NCBI RefSeq assembly: GCF_049243625.1
Contig: NZ_CP046975.1
Length of the DNA: 32,000 nt
Strand: one strand, 5' to 3'
DNA from: Corynebacterium amycolatum
GTDB lineage: Bacteria > Actinomycetota > Actinomycetes > Mycobacteriales > Mycobacteriaceae
The notes under the pieces were generated by a model, which was not told the origin of the DNA, ran no database searches, and saw nothing but the letters and a program-made list of their open reading frames with translations. Of the stretch, positions 24,855 through 32,000 are shown one piece after another. The first letter of the stretch is position 1, and each line of letters opens with the position of its first letter. Made by a program: the position numbers and the translations under genes.

Positions 24855-26416
24855 TAGCTCTCACTTTCGCTTTCAGCCTGCTCACCGGACTGCTCGTACC
24901 ACCATTTCTTCAGCGCCAAGATAGCATCCTCACGCTCCAGCGGACCGGACTCCAATCGCAGCTCTTTCAGGTAATTCCAGGCCTGTCCGACTTCCTTGCC
25001 AGGCTTCAGGTCCAGAATTTCCATGATTTCGTTGCCGTCCAGATCGGGGCGGACGCGTGCGAGGTCCTCCTGCTCAGCGAGCTCCTTGATTCGCGCTTCC
25101 AGGTTGTCGCAGGCTCGTGCGAGGCGTGCTGCTTTACGACGGTTTCTCGTCGTGCAGTCGGCCCGCACGATTTTGTTGAGTCGTTCCAACAAATCTCCGG
25201 CGTCGTTGACATAACGTCGCACCGCCGAGTCCGTCCACTTGCCTTCGCCATAGCCGTGGAAGCGCATGTGCAAGTAGACCAGCTGGGAGATTTCATGGCT
25301 GATCTTCTTCGGAAACTTCAACTTGCGCAGGCGGCGACGCACCAGCTTCGCACCGACGACCTCGTGCTGGTAGAAGGTGACATTGCCCTGCTCGTTGTAG
25401 GCGCGGGTAGCGGGCTTACCACAGTCGTGCAGCAGTGCCGCCCAGCGCAGCACGAGGTCCGGTTCACCGGGTTCTTCCTGGTCAATGGCCTGCCGCATGA
25501 CCTGCAGGGAGTGTTGATAGACATCCTTGTGCTGGCGGTGTTCATCCTGCGTCATGCGCATATCGGAAATCTCCGGCAGCACGCGGTCGGCCAACCCCGA
25601 TTCCACCATCAGGTCGATACCACGGCTGGGATCTGCCCCCAGGATGAGCTTGTTCAGCTCAGTGGAGATGCGCTCAACCGTGATGCGGTCAATTTCGCTG
25701 GACATTTCCTTCAACGCCTTGAGTACGCGCGGTGCCACGTCGAACCCGAGCTGGGATGCGAAGCGGCAGGCACGCAGCATGCGCAGGGGATCATCGCCAA
25801 AGCTGACCTCCGGCGCCCCCGGGGTGTCCAAGACACCCGCGACAAGATCCTCGAAACCTCCGAGCGGGTCGAGGAAGGTGCGAGTGCCGTCGCCATGCAG
25901 TTCAACGGCGATGGCGTTACAGCGGAAGTCACGGCGGATTAGATCGCCTTCCAGCGTGTCGCCGAAAGTGACCTCCGGATTGCGACTGACCTGGTCGTAC
26001 GTATCCGCACGGAACGTGGTGATCTCCACCTGACGGCCATGCCGCTCTGCGGACAGCGTGCCAAATTCAATGCCGGTATCCCAGACAATGTCCGCCCAGT
26101 CATCAAGAATCGCGCGCGTCACCTCCGGGCGTGCGTCGGTGGTGAAATCGAGATCCACGCCCAGTCGCCCTAAGAGAGCATCGCGCACAGAACCGCCCAC
26201 AAGGTACAGACGATGGCCAGCTGCACTAAACGCAGCTGCCAGCGAATCGAGAATCTCCGACTCCTTGGCAATCGCCTGATCCGCCACTGCCAGCATTGCC
26301 GTCCTGCGCACCTGTGGGTCCGCATCAGCAGCCGCCGGAGTAGCGCCGTGAGGTGTAGTCGCCCCGGGCTGGTCACCATTTGTCGTTGAAGGAGTCGATT
26401 GTGTCACGACCGACAC
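24854..26416 (-). CDS. cca: CCA tRNA nucleotidyltransferase (PcnA-like, class II nucleotidyltransferase with HD domain)
   Basis: 520-aa ORF: [34 protein letters not shown], an RxxR block and an HD region (LLHDCGKP). GTG start at 26416; the start is uncertain by a few codons. Confidence 0.9.
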   Translation of the reverse strand: MSVVTQSTPSTTNGDQPGATTPHGATPAAADADPQVRRTAMLAVADQAIAKESEILDSLAAAFSAAGHRLYLVGGSVRDALLGRLGVDLDFTTDARPEVTRAILDDWADIVWDTGIEFGTLSAERHGRQVEITTFRADTYDQVSRNPEVTFGDTLEGDLIRRDFRCNAIAVELHGDGTRTFLDPLGGFEDLVAGVLDTPGAPEVSFGDDPLRMLRACRFASQLGFDVAPRVLKALKEMSSEIDRITVERISTELNKLILGADPSRGIDLMVESGLADRVLPEISDMRMTQDEHRQHKDVYQHSLQVMRQAIDQEEPGEPDLVLRWAALLHDCGKPATRAYNEQGNVTFYQHEVVGAKLVRRRLRKLKFPKKISHEISQLVYLHMRFHGYGEGKWTDSAVRRYVNDAGDLLERLNKIVRADCTTRNRRKAARLARACDNLEARIKELAEQEDLARVRPDLDGNEIMEILDLKPGKEVGQAWNYLKELRLESGPLEREDAILALKKWWYEQSGEQAESESES

Positions 26417-26456
26417 AATACCCGCTTATACCTATAAACCCGGTAGTCTAAGTGGA

Positions 26457-27314
26457 ATGAACAACGTGGTACGCAATGACAACTCGGCGGCGAAGAGCCG
26501 TCGACGTCGTCGGCGACCGCGCAGAAGGGGTGACGCTTCCGCGTCCACCAACACCAATAGCGCTACTACCAGCGGAAATTCCGCAAAACGTAGTGGCTCC
26601 GGTGCCAATGGCCCCAAATCGGCCAAGCCAAACTCCGGTGGCGCCAAGAAATCTTCCAAATCACCGAAGTCGGCACGACCCTCGAAGCAGTCGAACTACC
26701 GCGGTGGCCGTAAGAACGGTCAGGATAGGAACAATCGCCGTCGTCACGCACAGACGAAGCGCACGAACAATCGCCGTGCGCACTCGTCGCGCGCGCAAAA
26801 TGCAGCGCCGATGCAGACCTCGATTGAGACTTCGGCGGGCGGACTGGTCGTCTCGGGGCTTGCTGAGGCGGTCGGCGATGGCGGCAAAGTCAACCTGTCA
26901 CGGATTTATGTCGCGCTGATTGGTCGGCACGATCGTCGCGGGCGCCTGCTGTGGTCGATGCCCAAGGGCCATGTCGAGCCCGGCGAAGCTTTCGATTCCA
27001 CCGCCGAACGTGAGGTGTGGGAAGAAACGGGCATTCGCGGCGAGGTCATCGAGGAGCTCGGTGTGATTGACTACTGGTTTGTCTCCGATGGCACGCGGAT
27101 TCACAAGACCGTGCACCATCACCTTCTGCGCTATGTCGATGGCGATTTGAACGACGAAGACCCCGAGGTCACTCAGGTCATGTGGGTCCCGGTAGACACC
27201 CTGGTGGAGCGGTTGGCCTACGCTGACGAACGCAAACTGGCCCGGCGCGCGCACAATCTGCTGCCCGATCTCGCCCGCGCGGAAAAGCGAGCAGGCCGGC
27301 AGACGCCGAGGTGA
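26457..27314 (+). CDS. Nudix hydrolase (MutT4/Rv3908-like) with long basic N-terminal extension
   Basis: 285-aa ORF. The Nudix box is [23 protein letters not shown]. Residues 1-~113 contain 33 Arg/Lys and 3 Asp by my count ([10 protein letters not shown]...). Confidence 0.87.
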   Translation: MNNVVRNDNSAAKSRRRRRRPRRRGDASASTNTNSATTSGNSAKRSGSGANGPKSAKPNSGGAKKSSKSPKSARPSKQSNYRGGRKNGQDRNNRRRHAQTKRTNNRRAHSSRAQNAAPMQTSIETSAGGLVVSGLAEAVGDGGKVNLSRIYVALIGRHDRRGRLLWSMPKGHVEPGEAFDSTAEREVWEETGIRGEVIEELGVIDYWFVSDGTRIHKTVHHHLLRYVDGDLNDEDPEVTQVMWVPVDTLVERLAYADERKLARRAHNLLPDLARAEKRAGRQTPR

Positions 27315-27320
27315 TTGCGC

Positions 27321-29858
27321 ATGTTCAGGTTGCAGTTGCCAAGGAATGTTGTTCGTAAAGTCACGGCCGCCACCGCAGCGCTCATACTGTGCTTGCCGAC
27401 GACCGTTGCGCCCCCAGCTTTTGCGCAAGATGAGCAGTTGTGGGGCAGTGGTGCCAATCGAGTCGGTGAACAGGGACCCCTTCGGCTTTCGATAACCAGC
27501 TTCACTCCGCATGTCGCGGCTCTACATTCGACACTGACCATCAAGGTGCAGGTGCACAACACCTCCGACGCGGATATCAGCAATGTTGCGCTGCGCCCAC
27601 AGCGGGCCGGCGCACTAGCTTCCTCTGCAGATGCGCGGACGATTCTCGCTGAGCCTGAATCGGTGTTTGATGTGGCTGGGACCTTCAGTGCCCCCATCGA
27701 GCTGAAAGCGGGCGAGACGCGTGAGGTTACGCTAAGTGTTCCTATCTCCGCACCGGCCCCAGAAGGACTCGACATCACGGAAGCCGGCACGTTTCCGCTG
27801 CTCATCAACGCTAACGGGCAACCGGCAGATGACATCGACCGCCTGCTGGCGGAAACACGCGCACTGCTACCGGTGACGGATTCGCAAGCCGCGGGTGATG
27901 AGCCGGAACCGCCTGCCGGCGATGAGAACGACAACGATGAGACCGACAATTCCGATGCGCCCACCCGCCGTGACCCAGTGCCGTTTTCGCTGATTTGGCC
28001 CATCAGCCAGCCAGTGCCAGTGGTCGGCGGTGAGACCGGTGACGCACCCTCGTCGCCGAATCTCATCCTCACCGACAATTCTTTGGCCGAATCTCTTGAA
28101 CGCGGTGGCCGCCTCGACGGTTTGCTCACCTCGTTGGAAAAAGGCTTTGCCGGCCCCGATGGGGAGAGGTTGCGGGAATCGACATGCATCGCCATCGACC
28201 CGGAGACCCTCGATGCAATCTCCCGGATGACCCGTGACTACTGGATTGGCACCAGCCGCCCAAGTCCTGTGGAGTCCTCGCCACGACTGCGGGATTCCTG
28301 GGGAAACGCGGATGACACCAATCTCACGCATATGCCCGCCAGCGACAATGCCGCCGACTGGCTTAACCGGCTGCACGATCTCACACAGGACACATGCACA
28401 CTGTCACTGCCGTGGGGCGGCACCGATGCCAGCGCCGTAGCTCGCGTGGCGGATCAAGAGCTTTCCATGGAGGCACTCGCCGCTGGTCGGCAGACCATCG
28501 CCAAGCATTTGGACGTTCAGACACTGCCGGGTATCTATTTGCCGGCCGAGGGATACGTAACGTCGGAAAGCGCCCCGCTGTACTCGGCGGCGACAGCTCT
28601 GAGCGGAACCACCCCGGAGCACGCATTCGAAGACCGCGTAGATACCGGCGAGACGATGCCTCCCTCGCCCACTCCGCCCGAAGCCGCGCACGACACCACC
28701 GTATTGGTCGCGGACAACACCGCTATCACCGCCGATGGTCAGACACTACGGCCTGGCCACAGTGGTGTGCTTGCCGACGGTAGCCGCGCCTTCGCCCTCT
28801 CTGGGGCACTGACAGCCTCTCTGGCTGTAACAGGACGGTCGCCCCAGACTGTGGCGTATTCGAATCTGCTCGGACGCTTCGATTTCCGAATCGACTCCGA
28901 GGCTGCACGGATGCAGACAGCGATTGGCACTCTGTTCCAATCACTGACTGATTCGGATGCCCCTCGCGCGGCTGTGGTGGCAGCACCACCGTCCGGTTGG
29001 GATCCACGCGCTAGCGATGCTGAAGATTTCATGGCCGCGGTTCGGAAAGCCGTGGACGCTAACCTGGCTGAGCTGACTCCGCTGATGGATTCCATCACCG
29101 CCGCAGCTCGCGACCTGGATGCGGGCTCGGTTACCCCAGTTGACGAGTTCGCCGATCCCGCGCCGGTGAGTGAAGCGCTCGTGGAGAAGGCTCGGATAGC
29201 CTCCCGCGAAATCACGGACCTGACCACAATCATGTCCAACGACCCCAACGTCGCGCTGACGCGGTATGAATTCACCCGCCCCCTGCGGCACGACTTACTG
29301 CGCTCGTTTACCACTCTCGGCCGGCGAAATCAGCTGCAGTCAACTGACGTGCAGCGGCGGAGCGAAGAACTCAGCGACCAGGCACTGGTTATGACTCGAC
29401 GTCTGCGCAATTCAGTGACATTGGTAGCTCCTGGCGGTGTCTACACCCGCGCAACGCAGCTGTCGCCGATTGCGGTGCTGGCTCGCAATGGTCTGCCGCT
29501 GCCGGTTCCCGCGTTCGTGCGCGTCGGCGCTGGAGATTCGGTGATGGAGGAGAAGTATGAGGCCGCCATCCCTGCCAAGGGGTCGGTGACTGTTCAGTTC
29601 ACTCCGAAGTCGGGTGATGATGCAGAATCCACTCCGGCAACCAATGCTCCAGAGGGAGACCGGCCACGGGATAGTGGAGACAATTCCCACAACCTGTTGT
29701 TGTGGCTCGAATCACCTGGCGGCACGCCTATTTCTCAATCAGTGAGTATTTCCGTGCAATCCGGCGCTTCCGTCGGGGTTTTGGCTATCGTGACCCTCGT
29801 CATCGTCACTGTTGGTGGGTTTTTTGCCGCAAAACGGTCACAGTACTTTCGGAAATAG
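27321..29858 (+). CDS. Large conserved actinobacterial exported protein with C-terminal TM anchor (Rv3909-like; I recall this family as DUF6049)
   Basis: ~845-aa ORF (ATG 27321, or TTG 27315 directly after the Nudix TGA). Signal peptide VTAATAALILCLPTTVAPPAFAQ. C-terminal helix VGVLAIVTLVIVTVGGFFAA followed by KRSQYFRK. Its position between the Nudix gene and murJ matches Rv3908-Rv3909-Rv3910 synteny. Confidence 0.7.
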   Translation: MFRLQLPRNVVRKVTAATAALILCLPTTVAPPAFAQDEQLWGSGANRVGEQGPLRLSITSFTPHVAALHSTLTIKVQVHNTSDADISNVALRPQRAGALASSADARTILAEPESVFDVAGTFSAPIELKAGETREVTLSVPISAPAPEGLDITEAGTFPLLINANGQPADDIDRLLAETRALLPVTDSQAAGDEPEPPAGDENDNDETDNSDAPTRRDPVPFSLIWPISQPVPVVGGETGDAPSSPNLILTDNSLAESLERGGRLDGLLTSLEKGFAGPDGERLRESTCIAIDPETLDAISRMTRDYWIGTSRPSPVESSPRLRDSWGNADDTNLTHMPASDNAADWLNRLHDLTQDTCTLSLPWGGTDASAVARVADQELSMEALAAGRQTIAKHLDVQTLPGIYLPAEGYVTSESAPLYSAATALSGTTPEHAFEDRVDTGETMPPSPTPPEAAHDTTVLVADNTAITADGQTLRPGHSGVLADGSRAFALSGALTASLAVTGRSPQTVAYSNLLGRFDFRIDSEAARMQTAIGTLFQSLTDSDAPRAAVVAAPPSGWDPRASDAEDFMAAVRKAVDANLAELTPLMDSITAAARDLDAGSVTPVDEFADPAPVSEALVEKARIASREITDLTTIMSNDPNVALTRYEFTRPLRHDLLRSFTTLGRRNQLQSTDVQRRSEELSDQALVMTRRLRNSVTLVAPGGVYTRATQLSPIAVLARNGLPLPVPAFVRVGAGDSVMEEKYEAAIPAKGSVTVQFTPKSGDDAESTPATNAPEGDRPRDSGDNSHNLLLWLESPGGTPISQSVSISVQSGASVGVLAIVTLVIVTVGGFFAAKRSQYFRK

Positions 29859-29885
29859 ACCCCCTTTTAAGCAACAATAGGACAT

Positions 29886-32000
29886 GTGACTGACTCAGAC
29901 GCGCATAAATCTGGACTTCGAGGCCGCATTCGTCGCCCCGCGCCACCGGCTCCGGTTCCGGCGGCGCGGCCAACGGCTGAATCTCAGCCGGCCGAAGCGG
30001 CCCCGGACCTAACTCGCGTATCCGGCCATAAGGCAAATGCCGATACCGCCGCTGACGCGATGACGGAATCGGCATCACCATCGCCGGCAAAGGCGGCAAC
30101 TGCGACAGCAACCGCTTCCGGCGATTCCTCCGCGGACTCGACGACGGACGCAAATCAGGAACAGTCGAACTCGGACATCGTCGCCTCCACGGGCTCGATG
30201 GCAATCGCTACCCTGATTTCACGCATTACGGGTTTTTTGCGAAACCTGCTTATCGGCGCGACGCTGGGTCCGGCTGTGGCTTCAGCCTTCAACGTCGCCA
30301 ACACACTGCCGAACCTGATTACGGAAATCGTCCTCGGCGCGGTGCTGACTTCTCTGGTGGTGCCGGTGTTGGTGCGCGCGGAGAAGGAGGATCCAGATCA
30401 CGGTGCCGCCTTCATTAGACGTCTCTTGACTGTCTCTATGACGCTGTTGGCAGTGGTGACGGTGCTAGCAGTGATAGGTGCGCCACTATTGACCAGATTG
30501 AGCCTTAACGAGGCCGGTAAGGTCAACGTTCCGCTGGCGACGTCATTTGCGTTCTTATTATTGCCGCAAATCATCTTCTACGGCATATTTGCGCTGCTCA
30601 TGGCGGTGCTAAACACCAAGGGAATCTTTAAACCCGGTGCGTGGGCACCTGTCGCCAACAACGTCGTGGCCATTGCCACGCTCTTGCTATATCTGTTCCT
30701 GCCCGGCCAATTGAGTCCGGATTCGGACGGTTCACTCTCCGATCCGCACATCCTGCTTTTGGGTCTTGGTACCACTCTGGGTGTCGTCATTCAGGCAGCC
30801 ATCATGATTCCCTACCTCAAGCGCGCGGGCATTGACTTGCGTCCGCTGTGGGGTATCGACGACCGCATCAAACAGTTCACCGGCATGGGTGTTGCGATTA
30901 TCACCTACGTGGCAATTTCCCAGGCTGGTTACTTCATCACCACCAATATTGCCTCGACTGCCTCCAAGGCAGCGCCGACGATTTACCAGCAGGCTTGGCT
31001 GCTGTTGCAGGTGCCCTACGGCATCATCGGCGTTACCTTGCTGACCGCCATCATGCCGCGACTGTCCCGCAATGCAGCCGACGGTAATGATGGGGCAGTG
31101 GTCCGCGATCTATCCATCGGTACGCGTCTGACCATGATTGCGCTGGTGCCGATCGTCGCCTTCTTCACCGCATTCGGCCGCCCCATCGCCGTCGGTCTTT
31201 TCGCGTATCTGGAGTTCCCCCGCGAAACCGCGGAGATTCTTGGCTGGACGCTGTCCTTCTCGGCGTTCTCGCTTATTCCATATGCCATCGTGCTTTTGCA
31301 CTTGCGTGTTTTCTACGCCCGTGAAGAGGCCTGGACCCCGACTTTCATCATCCTCGGCATTACCACCGTCAAGGTGATTCTGTCGTTCTTCGCTCCTCGT
31401 CTGGCTTCTGACGATGAGACCGTCGTCGTGTTGCTCGGTGCTGCCAACGGTTTCGGTTTCGTCGCCGGCGCAGTAATTGGCTTCTTGCTCTTGCGCCGCA
31501 CTCTCGGACACTTGGACAGTAAGGCGACCGTCCACACCGTGCTGTGGGCACTGGGGGCGTCGCTTGTCGGTGTCGCCGTTGCTTGGGGCGCATTCGCATT
31601 GACCGACCTTGTGCTGTTCGATTTCTTCGGTTCCTTCGGCGTGCTGCTGCAGACCATCGTCACCGGCGTGGTCTTCCTCATCGGTACCGGCCTGGTCCTC
31701 GCTCAGGCTCCATTGGAAGAGGTCCGCGTTCTGGGCGGCTTCCTCGGCCGCATCCCGGGTCTACGCCGCTTTGCTCCGCAGCCTCATGCAGCCGACAATG
31801 CCGTCGCCGACCGTGAGGATATGGAGCGCGAACGTGGCTTCGCCGCTGATGCTTTCTCGATTGCCCCGTCGAACCTGATCGGCGAGGCCACGGGTCTGGC
31901 AAACGAGGGCTTCACCGCTTCGCCGCTGCTGCCGCCGATGCCGACGCAGGGTTCTCGCCCAACCCGCTATGTACCCGGCGAGATGGTCTCAGGTGGTCGT
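29886..32000 (+). CDS. murJ: Lipid II flippase MurJ/MviN (partial; continues beyond the right window edge)
   Basis: The frame is open from GTG 29886 (in-frame TAA at 29868-29870) to position 32000, and is not in the ORF track. After a ~95-aa Ala/Pro/Ser-rich N-extension, hand translation gives IVASTGSMAIATLISRITGFLRNLLIGATLGPAVASAFNVANTLPNLITEIVLGAVLTSLVVPVLVRAEKEDPDHGAAFIRRLLT. The last residues (RYVPGEMVSGGR) resemble the start of the pseudokinase domain fused to actinobacterial MviN. Confidence 0.88.
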   Translation, partial: MTDSDAHKSGLRGRIRRPAPPAPVPAARPTAESQPAEAAPDLTRVSGHKANADTAADAMTESASPSPAKAATATATASGDSSADSTTDANQEQSNSDIVASTGSMAIATLISRITGFLRNLLIGATLGPAVASAFNVANTLPNLITEIVLGAVLTSLVVPVLVRAEKEDPDHGAAFIRRLLTVSMTLLAVVTVLAVIGAPLLTRLSLNEAGKVNVPLATSFAFLLLPQIIFYGIFALLMAVLNTKGIFKPGAWAPVANNVVAIATLLLYLFLPGQLSPDSDGSLSDPHILLLGLGTTLGVVIQAAIMIPYLKRAGIDLRPLWGIDDRIKQFTGMGVAIITYVAISQAGYFITTNIASTASKAAPTIYQQAWLLLQVPYGIIGVTLLTAIMPRLSRNAADGNDGAVVRDLSIGTRLTMIALVPIVAFFTAFGRPIAVGLFAYLEFPRETAEILGWTLSFSAFSLIPYAIVLLHLRVFYAREEAWTPTFIILGITTVKVILSFFAPRLASDDETVVVLLGAANGFGFVAGAVIGFLLLRRTLGHLDSKATVHTVLWALGASLVGVAVAWGAFALTDLVLFDFFGSFGVLLQTIVTGVVFLIGTGLVLAQAPLEEVRVLGGFLGRIPGLRRFAPQPHAADNAVADREDMERERGFAADAFSIAPSNLIGEATGLANEGFTASPLLPPMPTQGSRPTRYVPGEMVSGGR

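Overview
GC-rich actinobacterial chromosome segment. Gene content and order match the origin-proximal conserved core of Corynebacterium, syntenic with M. tuberculosis Rv0038-Rv0058 and Rv3907c-Rv3910. Left to right: pspA-like (partial), a secreted beta-lactamase-fold hydrolase, thioredoxin, an FAH-family hydrolase, an acyltransferase-3 membrane protein, dnaB, rplI, ssb, rpsF (no rpsR in the cluster), a small membrane ORF, a class A PBP, a 4-Cys DUF5318-like protein, ino1, a MarR regulator, a tandem USP, a membrane protein and leuS. Then comes a variable slot: an SdpI-like protein with a Cys-rich tail, a YfeH-like BASS transporter, an acidic hypothetical protein, a second beta-lactamase-fold paralog and azlCD. 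The window ends with yqgE/algH, the CCA-adding enzyme, a Nudix hydrolase, an Rv3909-like large exported protein and murJ (partial). I saw no rRNA, tRNA, CRISPR array, transposase, integrase or recognisable defence island. I cannot support a multi-gene novel system here. The most unusual signals are non-coding or domain-level: (1) a dense DnaA-box cluster around an AT-rich spacer in the 735-bp rplI-dnaB gap; (2) an SdpI-family membrane protein with a 10-cysteine CGCG-type tail; (3) five tandem degenerate 13-mers just upstream of ino1; (4) two diverged paralogous exported beta-lactamase-fold proteins with different low-complexity and anchor modules; (5) tight translational coupling in cca-yqgE-azlC-azlD; (6) a Nudix hydrolase with a ~120-aa extremely basic N-terminal extension. 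All protein family calls come from motif recognition by eye and from remembered synteny, not from database searches.
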